A stretch of 64,000 nucleotides of DNA, taken from positions 29,648,464 to 29,712,463 of the forward strand of contig NC_043011.1 in assembly GCF_006345805.1 (NCBI RefSeq). The letters run 5' to 3'. Shown in pieces: positions 13,728 through 26,836 of the stretch. Within the stretch, counting starts at the first letter, position 1. Every line of letters starts with the position of its first letter. The DNA comes from Octopus sinensis (Eukaryota). A program made the position numbers and the translations under genes. The notes under the pieces were generated by a model. The model was not told the origin of the DNA. It saw nothing but the letters and a program-made list of their open reading frames with translations, and did not search any database.

Positions 13728-13892
13728 CACACATGCATATATGTGTGTAGATATGTATGTCTGGTTCCATATGTATATGTTACACTATATTCTAGTTTTG
13801 ATGTCACTTGCTTATTTGTAAACAAGAGTCACTGTTATACAAGTGACGTTCTTCATTTTCAATTTTCGTGAGGAACCTTACTTGGAAACATA

Positions 13893-14801
13893 CAGTTGTG
13901 GCCAAAAGTTTGAAACGCTTTTTTAAAAATTAAAACTGTTATGCCCACGTACAATCCGAATCAAATATATCTTTTCTTTTCACGCTTTTCAAACTTAACC
14001 AGGCTCATGGGCCCAGTTTCCCGGTTTCTGTGGCGTATGTGTTCTCCCCAGCTGAACGGGACGCCAGTCCATCACAGCGTTACTCAAGAAACAGGAAGAA
14101 AGAGTGAGAGAAAGTTGTGGTGAAAGAGTACAACAGGGGTCGCCACCACCCCCTGCCGTGGTGTAAATTAGTTGTAAATTATTTTGCATTTAGTCCAAAA
14201 AGGCATACATACCTTAGAATGGGAAGAGTAAAAATGTCTTACCTGGAAAAAGAAAAACAGAAATGTTAGGATAATTGTAAATATATTTTCATATTTTGGT
14301 TTCGAATTTTGGCACAAGACCAGTAAGTTTGGGGGAGGGGGATAAATTAGGTACATCACCCCCACCCCTGTCAGTGATATATATTGAGATATTATTATTT
14401 ATTTATGCACCCTTTTCAAGCCTAGCCAGGCTCGTGGGACTAGTTTCCTGGTTTCTGTGGTGTATGTGTTCCCCCCAGCTGGACCGGATGCCAGTCCATC
14501 GCAGCATTACTCAAGAAACAGGAAGAAAGAGTGAGAGAAAGTTTGGGCGAAAGAATACAACTGGGGTTGTCACCAGTCCCTGCCGGAGCCTCATGGAGCT
14601 TTAGGTATTTTCACTCAATAAACACATACAACATCCGGTCTGGGAATTGAAACCACGATCCTCCGACTGCGAGTCCGCTGCCCTAACCACTGGGCCATTG
14701 CACCTCCACAGGAATCAAATATGTACAATGTATATATTTGGCCATTTAGTATAAAAATTCTAATTTTCAAACCTACGTTCCAAACCTTTTGGCCACAACT
14801 G
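13893..14801. mobile_element. Tc1-like MITE with nested SINE fragments
   Basis: ta|cagttgtggccaaaagtttgaaacg ... cgttccaaaccttttggccacaactg|ta; family-3 (13975-14160, 14405-14710) and family-2 (14300-14370) pieces inside. Confidence 0.8.
14213..14242 (-). CDS. Candidate 30-nt microexon (VRHFYSSHSK)
   Basis: Acceptor catttctgtttttctttttccag|, donor AAG|GTATGT, only phase 0 open; lies inside the Tc1-like MITE. Confidence 0.35.
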
Positions 14802-15126
14802 TATAAGGGTTCGTGTCAAGAAGAGCATCTGACCATATGGAATCTACTTCAATGAATTCCTTCTGATCGATGTAAGTACGGAAAAATAGATGCAAAAAAA
14901 AAAAAATTGTGATGGTGATGACAACGACAACGACGATGATAAAACCATCATATGCACATACACACACACACACACACACACAGAATCATACATAATGGAA
15001 ATTTGTGGAGAATGGTAAAGTAGGATGGCTATGGTTTGAATGTTTTTCATCATAGGTCTGATCAATGAGAGTTGACTCAAGGCTAAATAACAATACATTC
15101 ATTCATCTATTTATCGTTCTCTGTCT

Positions 15127-15173
<47 letters not shown>

Positions 15174-15599
15174 CTCTTTCTACTTCTTACAATAATGTAA
15201 ACAAAATGACATGGCCATGGCTGGATTACCTAACATAATATATCTGCACTCAGTCCCATTAAAATATTGAGTACATGAATCAGACATTCACATATTGATT
15301 TCAGGCTGCCAAACTATCTACCTAACAACCTTTCAACCTGTCTGCTTGCCTGTCTGTCTGTCTGTCTGTCTGTCTATTTATCTACATATATATCTGTTAA
15401 AAATTTAACATGTACCAGTCTCTCTCTCTCCATTTTACTTCTCCCCACCTCTCTTTTTTCCTCACTGCTATCTCCCACCCACAGTCGCCTCCCTCTCCTT
15501 GGACAAATGATTGGTTTGTTGGTCAGACGATTACCCAAGCAATTGTTTAGTTGTTTAGTTATTTGATTAATTAATTGACTGGTTCTCTAATAATAATAA

Positions 15600-15820
15600 T
15601 AATCTTTTCTACTCTAGGCATAAGGCCGGAAATTTGGGGGGAGGGGGGCCAGCTGATTAGACTGACTCCAGTATGCAACTGGTACTTAATTTATTGACCC
15701 CGAAAGGATGAAAGGCAAAATCGACCTCAGTAGAATTTGAACTCAGAACATAAAGACAGTTGAAATACTGCTAAGCATTTTGCCCGACATGCTAACGTTC
15801 TTGCTAGCTCGCTGCCTTTC
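15600..15820 (-). mobile_element. Family-2 SINE
   Basis: ccccgaaaggatgaaaggcaaa.tcgacc motif. Confidence 0.8.
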
Positions 15821-15837
15821 TAATAATAATATTAATA

Positions 15838-16307
15838 ATAATTTGGTATAAAAGTTGGGCTACAGCAAACATTCTGCTCAATACCACAGACTTGCTTGTC
15901 AGTTGCTTGACCTTAACCAGTTGAGCATGTCCCTTGGTGGCTGACCATATAGGCATCTCTGATCACGAGCAGATGTAGTGGAGCAGCATCATAGCCATGT
16001 CTTGAGAGGAATTCTTCGGAGTTTGAATACTTCACCTCTGGAGACATGGTTGGTCAACATCCTTATTCAAGCTTTATTCAGGGACCTTTTGAGTTGGATG
16101 GGCTACTTGACATGAAGAAAATTCTAACTGGGCCCTACTTGTAAGATCATGAACAGTTTATCTTGATATGAGATCATCATTTCACACACATATGGTTGTG
16201 ATGCATGTGCCTGGTGCACCCTTAGATGGGTAGTTGTAATGTGTATATTGGGCTTTTTATATTTGTAACCCAGTGTCACTTTGACAGCATTCATTGCTCT
16301 CTCACTC

Positions 16308-16360
<53 letters not shown>
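15838..16360 (+). mobile_element. Family-6 retroposed element with (AAT)n tail; partial reverse copies at 30430-30640 and 58120-58310
   Basis: Shared 3' block gcatgtgcctggtgcaccctt...gtcactttga..gca..ctctctcactc(aat)n in three places, each abutting (AAT)n. Confidence 0.7.
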
Positions 16361-16363
<3 letters not shown>

Positions 16364-16999
16364 TAACAAATAGAAGCAAAACAATCAGTTTTTGTGATTT
16401 AACTGGCAAAACAACCCTCCCAACATACAACTGTTTCAATTCAGAATTTTACACAAACTCTTGCAAAACAAACACAAAAACAGAATGCATGTATGTGTAT
16501 GTATTTATGCGTGTGTGTGTGGTTCAAACACATAACACTGATGAGAAAAGTGATCCATGATATATTATCTGAGGTAGTTTTTCAATACTCATTAATAACG
16601 AAACATTAATAGAATATTAAAAAGCAACAACAACAGTTTCAACATGGAGAGAATCAAACAGATTGATTAAAACGAGGGGAAATCCTTACATAACTAAATA
16701 TAGAAAAGAAATAGCTATGATACATAGATACATAAACCAGCCCCTTCCTTACAGGAAGACTTTAAATAATTAAAATAACAGATGAGAACATATATATATA
16801 TTGTGTGTTTTTTTCAGTTTCCATCTACCAAATCCTCTCACAAGGCTTTGGTCTCCTGAGGCTATAGCAGAAGGCATTTATCCAAGGTGCCACACAGTGG
16901 GACAGAACCCAGAATCAAATGGTTGGGAACCAAACTTGTTACCACACAGCCATACCTCTCTCCCCCTTTATACATACATACATACATACATACATACAT

Positions 17000-17038
<39 letters not shown>

Positions 17039-17150
17039 GACACACACACACACACACACACATACATACATACATACATACATACATACATACATACATA
17101 CATACATACATACATACATACATACATGTATATACATATATATATATATT

Positions 17151-17680
17151 TTGGGTTGGCAATTAAGTTCCTGCCATTTTTTTAAATTTTGGAATTTACT
17201 GTGTTTTTAATTTTTGGAATCTATTTTTTTCGAGAATTCTATTTTTGAATCATTTTGGAATCTATTTTTTTTTCTAGTTAATTTTAGTTAATTTTTGTTT
17301 ATTTTCTGATCATTAAAATGGAATGTCAAGTTAAGAAAATCGAGCATTTTCAACACCTCCTTCTTTTTGCTTTTAATCAAGTTTCTAAGGCTGCAAAAGC
17401 TGTTCATGACATTTGTGCTGTGTATAGAGAGGATACCATAGCTGAAAGAATCGCTTGTGATTGGTATGCCAAGTTCAAAAATGGAAATTTTGACCTCAAA
17501 GATGCACCTCATTCTGGCCGTCCAGTTGAGTTCGATGAAGAACGATTAAACCAACTTTTGCACAAAAATTCTCATCAAACAACAAGAGGAAATGGAATGC
17601 TCCCACACTGCTATAGAGAAGCATCTTCACTCGATGGGAAAGGTTCAGAAGTATGGAGCATGGGTTTAAGTGACAACTAA
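17151..17680 (+). mobile_element. mariner transposon 5' fragment
   Basis: TIR-like ttgggttggcaattaagt; ORF 17318 MECQVKKIEHFQHLLLFAFN...WYAKFKNGNFDLKDAPHSGRPVEFDEERLNQLL (mariner HTH region). Confidence 0.9.
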
Positions 17681-18549
17681 GTGAAACTAGTAGGTAATAA
17701 AAGTGAAAACTAAGTGAATAAAATAATATTGCAAAATTCCATTTTTTTTGAGTTCCAGGATTACACAATCTGGTGGATCTCACACAACCGTTGCCTTCCC
17801 TATTGTTGTTTCTCAACTTCAAGTTAACCCTGATCGAGTAGACTTATGATCAAAGACAATCTAGCAATGACCCACTCATTTTTTTTTTTAGGTTTACACT
17901 ATCCTTTTTTTACTTAACTCTGTAAGGTATCATTTAAGGGAGTTTGGTTACTAATCCTAGCAAGTCAAACGTAGAAGACCCCCCTGATCAGAACTATTGT
18001 AACATGGGCATGTAGACATTTTGAAAATACCTCGTGTGGTGATGATGATAATTATGATGATGAAGATGACAATGACGAGGACGTATGGCAAATTTCTATG
18101 AGGCAGGAATCTTCGTTGCCATTTTTGCCATTTGCGCATGCATAAATTTCCTCTTCTTTCCTTTCCTCCTCCTCCTCCTCTTCACCTTCATTTGTTAATC
18201 AGTATCTTACTCCCCGCTTCTCCTTGTTGTCATCATCAATGCTCTCATTATATATGCTATCGTCATTACATATGCTGATGTCACCACCATCATTAATCTC
18301 TGACCAACACCACAACACTGACAGCAGCACCAGCCACACCACCACCACCATCACTGCCATCACCGCCATCACCAGCATCGCCACCATCACCGCCATCACA
18401 GCAACACAAGCAAACGTATAAACCTCTTATGTGGTCACTCCATCTGCTAGAAGCAGCAACCTAATCACCCGATCACTCTCTTCTTAACCCAGATGATCAC
18501 AGCTGAAATAACTTAGAGCAATGCCACAACAACAACAACAACAACAACA

Positions 18550-18596
<47 letters not shown>

Positions 18597-18681
18597 CACA
18601 ACCCCCACCCACCACCAAAACCACCACCACCACCACCACCACCACCATCATCATCACCATCTGTCATGACTAGTCTTGTTT

Positions 18682-18819
18682 TCAAGCACCCAAAGAATTA
18701 ATGAAGTGTGCTGCTGCCATAATGAAGGGCTCATTATTTGTAGGAGTAAAATAAGGGCCATAGACGTGTCCAGCCATAAACTGTTCAGCTTGGTTTTTTT
18801 CTCTCTTTATGTTGATAGT
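18682..18819 (-). CDS. Candidate coding exon, unknown product
   Basis: Acceptor ttattctgatttaag|; TINIKREKNQAEQFMAGHVYGPYFTPTNNEPFIMAAAHFINSLGA* in unique sequence. Confidence 0.35.
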   Translation of the reverse strand, partial: TINIKREKNQAEQFMAGHVYGPYFTPTNNEPFIMAAAHFINSLGA

Positions 18820-18946
18820 CTTAAATCAGAATAATTATATAGTTAAAGCAGCAGATCATATGCGATGGTTTCTCGTGTGAATGACCTTTCGAGATAATCC
18901 TAAATGCACTCCTTTTACATCTGATACTCTGTCACTCAATCAATAA

Positions 18947-19002
<56 letters not shown>

Positions 19003-19279
19003 CTATCTGTCTATCTGTCTGTCGATCTATCTATATGTCTGTCTTTCTATCTATCAAGCTATTTCTCCTTCTTTCTCCAGAGTAATTAGTTTTGTGAATC
19101 TCTCAATGTATCCTTGATGTTGTATGTATATCATCATCATTGTCATCTCCATCACAATCATCACCATCGTCATCATTATCACTGTCATCATTTTACATTA
19201 GTTGTTCCATGCTTCTGTGAGCTGAACAGGTTTTTTTCTTTCTTTTCTTTTTTCTTTTTTTTTTTTTTGCTCTAACACA

Positions 19280-19610
19280 GCATCTTACTATTCTTGTAGT
19301 TTCTTGTCATCTCTTATGATGCCCAATAATATCAAGATCACCTTTTACCATTTCTTGCCATGTTTTCTTAGTTTGCCTCTTCAACAGGTTCCTTCTACTT
19401 GGATTCCTTGGCACTTCTTTACACAACTGACATCCACCACACTCATCACATATCTGTATCAGTTCAATGTTCTCTCTAGCATTCTACCATTGATTCTCTT
19501 AAACCCAATTTTTCCCTTAACTAATTTGTGTGCCATCGTTCATTCCCACTAACATTAAATATCTCTCTGCATGTATTCACCCAATTTCTTTCCAGCTTAT
19601 GCACATTCTC
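19280..19610 (-). mobile_element. RTE LINE C-terminal fragment, degenerate
   Basis: VEGTC*RGKLRKTW-like motif on the minus strand. Confidence 0.55.
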
Positions 19611-19654
19611 TGCAAACAGTTCCCTTTTTTATTAATATTAACATGTTAAAGTTA

Positions 19655-20110
19655 AGGCGATGAGCTGGAAGAATTGTTAGCATACTGGACAATATGCTTA
19701 GTGGTATTTCATCTGGTATTTCATAAGTTCTGAGTTCAATCTCCACCAAAGTCGACTTTGCCTTTCATCTTCTTGGAATCAATAAAATAAGTACCAGTTG
19801 AACACTGGGGTCTATCTAATTGACTTAGCCACTTCTCCAAAATGTCAGGCCTTGAGCCAAAACCTGAAGCCAATATTACATGTTAAAGTATGGCAACAAG
19901 CTGGCAGAATGGTTAGCACTCTGGGAAAAATGCTTAGTTGCATTTCGTGCAGCTTTACATTCTGAGTTCAAATTCAGCTGAGGTTGACTTTGCTTCTCAT
20001 CTTCTTGGGATCGTTAAAATAAATACCAGTTGAACACTGGGGTTTATCTAATTGATTTAATCTCTTCTCCAAAATTGCTGGCCTTGTGCCAAAATCTGAA
20101 ACCAGCATTA
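19655..20110 (+). mobile_element. Two tandem family-2 SINEs
   Basis: gagctgg.agaa..gttagca...tctgagttcaa..gactttgc..ttcatc occurs twice. Confidence 0.8.
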
Positions 20111-20212
20111 CATGTTAAGGTGTAATGCTACATTTTATACACAAGCATCATACAATTTCCTTATTACTTGTTGAGCAATGATTTTATTTCCAGCAAAACT
20201 TATAAATATTCT

Positions 20213-20450
20213 TTCTTTTATTCATTTATTTGTTTCGATCATTTGACTGCAGCCATGCTGGAGCACCATCTCAAAGGGTTTTAGTCAAAGAAATTGAACC
20301 TGGGACTTATTCTTTGTAAGCCTAGTACTTATTCTATAGGTTTCTTTTGCCAAACCGCTAAGATACGGGAGTATAAACACATCAACATCAGTTGTCGAGC
20401 AATGGCAGGGAAGACAAACACAGACACACAAATATATACATTTACATATA

Positions 20451-20503
<53 letters not shown>

Positions 20504-20900
20504 ATACATATACATATACATATGCATATATACATATATATATACACACACACATATCATCATCATCATCGTTTAATGTCCGTTTTCCATGCTAGCATGG
20601 GTTGGACGGTTCGACCGGGGTCTGAGAAGCCAGGAGGCTGCACCAGGCTCCAGTCTGATCTGGCAGTGTTTCTACAGCTGGATGCCCTTCCTAACGCCAA
20701 CCACTCCGTGAGTGTAGTGGGTGCTTTTTACATGCCACCGGCACAGGTGCCAGGGGAGGCTGGCAGCATCCACGATCAGCTTCTTTCAGTTTCCATCTAC
20801 AAGATCCACTCTCAAGGCTTTGGTTGGCCCGAGGCTATAGCAGAAGACACTTGCCCAAGATGCAATGCAGTAGGACTGAATCTGGAACCATGGTTCTTAA
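20213..20900 (-). mobile_element. Family-1 SINE interrupted in its microsatellite by an RTE 3' end (20555-20770)
   Basis: Tail, then (TA)n, then (cat)n cgtttaatgtccg...gatgcccttcctaacgccaacc, then head. Confidence 0.85.
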
Positions 20901-21500
20901 CCTACAGCCAGAAACTTGTTACACATTTGTTCTTATTCTGGCTGCAATGCTTGACTGGATATCTTTCAAGATAGTATTTGCTTGCCAATGATTCTTGTTC
21001 ATTGATAACGGCCACCATGTGAATCTGGTTCCAATAAAACCTCTGCATCCAGCTTTTACAGAAAAGTACACTACATTCCAACCAGCATCTTTATTATCTT
21101 CCAATAACCCATAGTAATGCTTGTCGTTCTTAAGCAGAGAAGTATGAATATTATCCTCATTTGATCAGTTAATTTAATAAGATGTATTTAATTGAATGTT
21201 TCATTTCTTCACCATGAAAGATTTGGTTCATACAACCATTTCTTTTTTTCTGCTTCTTGGTGGTATTGAAGTCTATTTGGTTAGTGTGTTTGCTTGACTA
21301 CTAGGTGATCAGGAAGGTGGTTTGGTTGGTCACTTTCCTGCATTTTGTGTTACAAATAGCTATGTCATTTGCATCAGAGATCTTCAAAAACCTTAACTCC
21401 TTTTCATTCAGATTCATGGTAAATGTAGGTACCATATTTGAAGACATAAAAGAAACATGGACATATGAAATGCACCCCATGTCCAGCAGCACATAGTCAA
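20900..21500 (-). mobile_element. RLE-type non-LTR retrotransposon fragment (HERO/NeSL-like)
   Basis: EDNKDAGWNVVYFSVKAGCRGFIG matches the GW....PVEVGCRGF motif of the restriction-like endonuclease C-terminus. Confidence 0.7.
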
Positions 21501-21994
21501 GAAAAAATATTTTTAGTAAAGTAAAGCTTGTGGGAGTTGTAACTTCATGTATATAAGCCTGGGGGATTTTTTGAGATATATCTTGCTAAAAGAGTGTATC
21601 TTATATACCAGTAAATATTGTATTTTTTTTGTACAGAAGACTAGCAGTGAGAATGTCTCCTCTCTTCATACCAATGATGTTATCAAAAAGAAAGACAAAA
21701 TCAATACAGCTTGTCACCAGTGTCAACAATGGTGATAAGCTGTATATCCAGATGTCAATGCATGTGTTGTCACAGACCTTGCTACCTGAACACTAAGAGC
21801 AGGAACTGACTGTCCTTGCAGGATGCTCTAACTATAGAGCTAATGCACTACCTTGGGTCATTACTATATTTATTGACCCTGAGAGAATGAGAAGCGAAGC
21901 TGGCTTCAACAGGATTTGAACTCAGAGTGCTGAGACTCATAAAAAATTTTCAACACATTCGATCTAATGCTCTATTAACTCTGCCAATAATTCA

Positions 21995-22030
<36 letters not shown>

Positions 22031-22069
22031 CTCTATTAATTTCACTAAGAATCTATTACCTTTCTTAAG

Positions 22070-22290
22070 ACAGTGAGCTGGCCAAATCGTTAACACACCT
22101 GGCAAAATGCTTAGAAGCATTTCACCCATCTTTAAGTTCTGAGTTCAAATTCTCCTGAGGGTCAACTCCACCTTTCATCCAATCAGGATCAATGAAATAA
22201 GTATCAGTTGATCACTAGGTTCATTGTAATCAATTCACCCTAATCTCACCCTGATAATTGCTGGCCTTGTGCCCAAACTTGAAATCCATT
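22070..22290 (+). mobile_element. Family-2 SINE, degenerate
   Basis: ttctgagttcaaatt...cctttcatcc motif. Confidence 0.7.
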
Positions 22291-22699
22291 TATCACCTTT
22301 CTTCCTCTCTTGTCTTCCTCTTTTCCTTTATCCTTTCTTTTCTTCTTTAATTTAATACTGTATTCATGTTACTCTCTCTCTTTACCACTCCCCCTCTCTC
22401 TCTTTTCCTTCTCTCTCTCCTCTCTCCTTCTACCTATGACTCTTACGCTTTTTATTTCTCATTTATTCTTGACCACTTCTTCTCCTACTCCCCTACCCAT
22501 CTGACACTTTGTAATTATACATTTTACTTTGTTTATTTAAAAAAATTTTATTTCTATTTTTGTTTTCTTACCCTTTATTCACTTCTACTCTCCCTAACAT
22601 TTCCCTACCCACCTACCTCTCTTTACGCTGCTTTCTCAAAGTGTATTTTGATTTGTGTGTGGGTCTCATTTGTCAGTTATTTTTCACTCGCCACCCTTT

Positions 22700-23060
22700 A
22701 GACACACCCACTCACACACACACACGCATGCACACACCTGTGCACACATACACACAAACACACATATGCACACACATGCGCTTGCACACACACACACACA
22801 TTCAAACATATACACATGCACACACACACACACACACAAACACACATATGCACATACATGCACTTGCACACACACACTATCATACATACACACATACATC
22901 CACACATATACTCATGCACACATACACAAACATACACACACGCCCGCACACAAACGCACACATGCACACAAACACATATATACCCACACACACATGCACA
23001 CACTCACATGCACAAGCACAGACACAAACACACAATCACACACACATAAACACCCATTTC
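22700..23060. repeat. (CA)n/(CACATA)n low-complexity tract
   Basis: Seen directly. Confidence 0.9.
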
Positions 23061-23721
23061 CTTAAGTAATTCCACCTCTGCTTTCCTCACAACTTTCCTT
23101 CTGCCCCCATCTCCCTCTCTAGTAAACCACCACACCCAGCCAAACCCCCACTACCTTCCCACCCCACTATTCAGCCTAATCCCTCACCCCCTCCACCATC
23201 AACCCCACTCTCAACTACTCAAAATACATAAGTTGTTTATTAGATATCTGTCAGCTATGGCCAAATAAACCAGGTGCTATAGAAATTTAAAGTCTGAATG
23301 CTTCCCGACCAAATGGTATGGATAACATTTTGTTTAGTCATTCAGACAAGGCTTAATGTCCGAATGCATATTCTGCACGTGCCGTTTACTTCCTAGTTTT
23401 CTTTGCATTTGTTACGTAGTGTAATAGATTTTCAATGATATACAAGCTGCAATATATCTATTACGTCTATTTATTTTGATTTATTATTTTTATTTCATTT
23501 TCGCAGTCTAACGACTTTACACTGGATGAGACTGGCATAAATATTAAGAACATAGGTTAATTGTAACAATTTGCAGATTAAAGTGGCTTTTATTCAAACG
23601 TATATTAGACACATTGAAGAATTATGGTAAAGCCTTAGTGATATGTCTAGCTTACATCAACTTCAAAATTACCAACCAACAGACCAGCCTCACTACATTT
23701 AATTTATTTTTTGTTTTTCTT

Positions 23722-24130
23722 CTCTTTTACTCTTTTACTTTTTTACTTGTTTCAGTCATTTGACTGCGGCCATGCTGGAGCACCGCCTTTAGTCGACCCC
23801 AGGACTTATTCTTTGTAAGCCTAGTACTTATTCTATCGGTCTCTTTTGCTGAACTGCTAAGTTACGGGGATGTAAACACACCAGCATCGGTTGTCAAGCG
23901 ATGTTGGGGGAACAAACACAGACACACAAACATATACACACATATACATATATATATATATATACATATATACGACAGGCTTCTTTCAGTTTCCGTCTAC
24001 CAAATCCACTCACAAGGCTTTGGTCGGCCCGAGGCTATAGTAGAAGACACTTGCTCAAGGTGCCAGGCAGTGGGACTGAATCCAAAACCATGTGGTTGGT
24101 AAACAAGCTACTTAACCACACAGCCACTTC
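23722..24130 (-). mobile_element. Family-1 SINE
   Basis: Complete copy. Confidence 0.9.
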
Positions 24131-24349
24131 TGTGCTTAAATCTTTCTGGTTTTATTTATTTGTGTATTTATTTATTCATTCTTATTTTATTTTCCTATTT
24201 TATATTGTATTTTCGTGAACAGGCCAATCATAGGATCACTTAATTTGCTTTCTCAAAAGGTAAAGAGGATTGTTAGGGCAATGTCAATGGTTTTCACACC
24301 ACGAAATATTTTATTTCAAATCTTAGGTTTACTGTGTTTCTCTTGGATA

Positions 24350-24600
24350 TTTCCAACTCTTGCTAACATACACTGGCAAATCACACAATGTTATTATGAT
24401 GGTTTTGTTGGAACTCCTGAAGTCTTGCATGTGTAGTGGACTTACTACCTGCAGTGTACAGTATCATGCTACCTGTTCTTTTCAACTATCTAATACTTCC
24501 CTGATTATTCTCACTGTGCCAAGGAAGCAAAATATTTTGTAACAGTTCTACTGGGCACTCTATTCTAATTTTCTTTAAATTCCTCTTGATGCCTTCTGAT
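24350..24600 (-). mobile_element. R4/Dong-like LINE 3' end
   Basis: KKIRIECPVELLQN..(LLGT)..RIIREVLD*-like C-terminus plus UTR. Confidence 0.55.
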
Positions 24601-24872
24601 ACTGAAAGAAGCTCATCATAGATATGTATATGTATATATATCTGTGTTTGTGTGTCTGTGTTTGTCGCCCCACCATCGCTTGACAGCTGATGTCGATGTG
24701 TTTACATCTCTAAAACTCAACGGTTCAGCAAAAGAGACGAATAGAACAAATACTAAGTTTACAAAGAATAAGTCTTGCACTCGATTTCTTCAACTAAAAG
24801 ACCCTTTAAAGCGGTGCTCCAGCATGGCTGGCCACATTCAAATAACTGAAAGAAGTAAAGGAGTAACAGAAA
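24600..24872 (+). mobile_element. Family-1 SINE 3' part
   Basis: actgaaagaagc, microsatellite, tail. Confidence 0.8.
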
Positions 24873-26211
24873 AGAATGAAGACTGCATGTGTTAAATTAA
24901 AGAAAAATTCTTTTTCCTGAAAAGACAATTAATTACTAAAGCATCTTGTATCTGTGAACCATAGAATAAGTTAGTTACAAGGAAATTTAAATTAATAACA
25001 GTTGACTAAAAAAACAAACAAAAATTTCAAAGTGGATTCAAGTGGAAATATTATTTTTAACCGATAGTAAATTATTATCTTTGACAATTTGCTGCTGGGT
25101 TAGATAATAACAATAGAAGCACTATTTTACAAAGAACACCGAGTTTTTATTTTAGAGTCAACCAAATAAAATTGTTAGAAATCTGATCTGAATTGAAAGA
25201 TAAACAAAAATTCTGGAATTTGTCAACTATGTAAACTTATAAGGTAAATTGTAAACCTGACCAAAAATTTGCATTTGTTATTTTTGTATTTTTTTGTTGT
25301 TGTTTTTTTTTGTGTTTTTTTTTTGTTTTTAATTCTTTTGAAACAAGGAAAAGAAGACAAATTCCAATAATATAATCATTTTAGGTTTACCAATATATGC
25401 AAATATATTTTTGGAGAATATTTATGAATAAATATTTATGAATAAATTGTACAAAATTTGGTTCCTAATATTGAAGTTACAATTACCAATTTGTAAAAAT
25501 GGAACAAATCCACCGACTTTGTTGGAGGGCATAGTTAATTAAATCAATTTCACTACCAGAAAGGTATTTTTATGCTAACAATTTTCCCAAGACTATATGA
25601 TAAGCCAACACTTCTTTGCCTTAAGAGATAACACATCGACATTACCTTACACTACACTTTCACACCGTACACCAACAACACTTCACAAGATTCTCATATT
25701 TTTTGGGGTTGTTTATTTTATCATGCTTGCATAGGTCTAGCAGATCATCTTCAGAATAGCATCTCATCACTTGTTTTTGGTACATTTTCATGTTCTTTGC
25801 AACATTCTGACTTTTAGAATCAATTTTTGTCACTTTTGCGTCATGCCATCCTTGGTTTTCTTCTTCTACGGGGCCCATCAACTTGGGTCACTTAGCACTT
25901 CTTCACACAACTATCAATACACACATACACACATCCAGACACACATGCACACATATATATATGTACTCATATATATACACACACATGCAGCATGCATACA
26001 TGCACAACACATACATGCACACTACACACACATGCAGTGCATACACATACACAGTGCACACACAGTGCATGCATGTGTACAGTGCACACACGTGCACAAT
26101 GTACACACATGCACATGTGCAGTGCACACACATGCACAGAACACATATATAAATATATATTCCATCATCATCATTTTAGCATCAACTTTGACATGCTTGT
26201 ATGGGTTAGGT

Positions 26212-26589
26212 TAGCATTTCTCCACTGGGGTTCTGCAAAAGGTTCCTAGGGTTTCCGCGAGAAAGAGTGAGATAAGCTAATGCTAATTTCATGATCATAA
26301 TATTACTATTCATGCACAACACATTATTGGTTATTGTAATATTGTAATATAGACATCATCCTATCTAACTTATGTTATCAAAAAATATAACAACCATATG
26401 ATATTTACATCATCCTATCTAACTTATGTTATCAAAATACTATAACAACTATATGATATTTACCACGTGAACTGCGATGAAAATATATGAGAAAGATATG
26501 GTATATAATTTTTTTTTTGTGCAGGGGTTCCTTGAGACATGTAATTTATTTTAAGGGTTACGCCAGAGCAAAAAGGATAAGAAATACTG
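26212..26589. mobile_element. hAT-type MITE with perfect 8-bp TSD
   Basis: ggttaggt|tagcatttctc ... aagaaatactg|ggttaggt; internal tandem duplication of about 54 bp at 26353-26461. Confidence 0.85.
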
Positions 26590-26777
26590 GGTTAGGTAAA
26601 TGTCACTGAGTCAAATTTTCTACAGCAAATATCGTTCTTGTTGCCAAGCATTTCTAGGCAAGGTAATATCCCCCAATGGCCTGACATGCATTTTCAGAAT
26701 ACTGGAAATGAAGGACATTCATTTACAATAGCTATGCAACATGAAGACAAGGCCTCACACACGGACACACAGACACA

Positions 26778-26814
<37 letters not shown>

Positions 26815-26836
26815 TTACATACATGCATGCACACAT

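Noticed and set aside
16535-16605. CTGATGAG...CGAAAC hammerhead-like spacing
   Set aside because: No credible stem II adjoining GAAA and no stems I/III; manual scanning found no complete hammerhead in the window.
25660-25881. Protein-like 73-aa minus-strand ORF
   Set aside because: No usable acceptor; another frame gives an RTE C-terminal motif (VDGPRRRRKPR.AW), so it is probably a LINE remnant.
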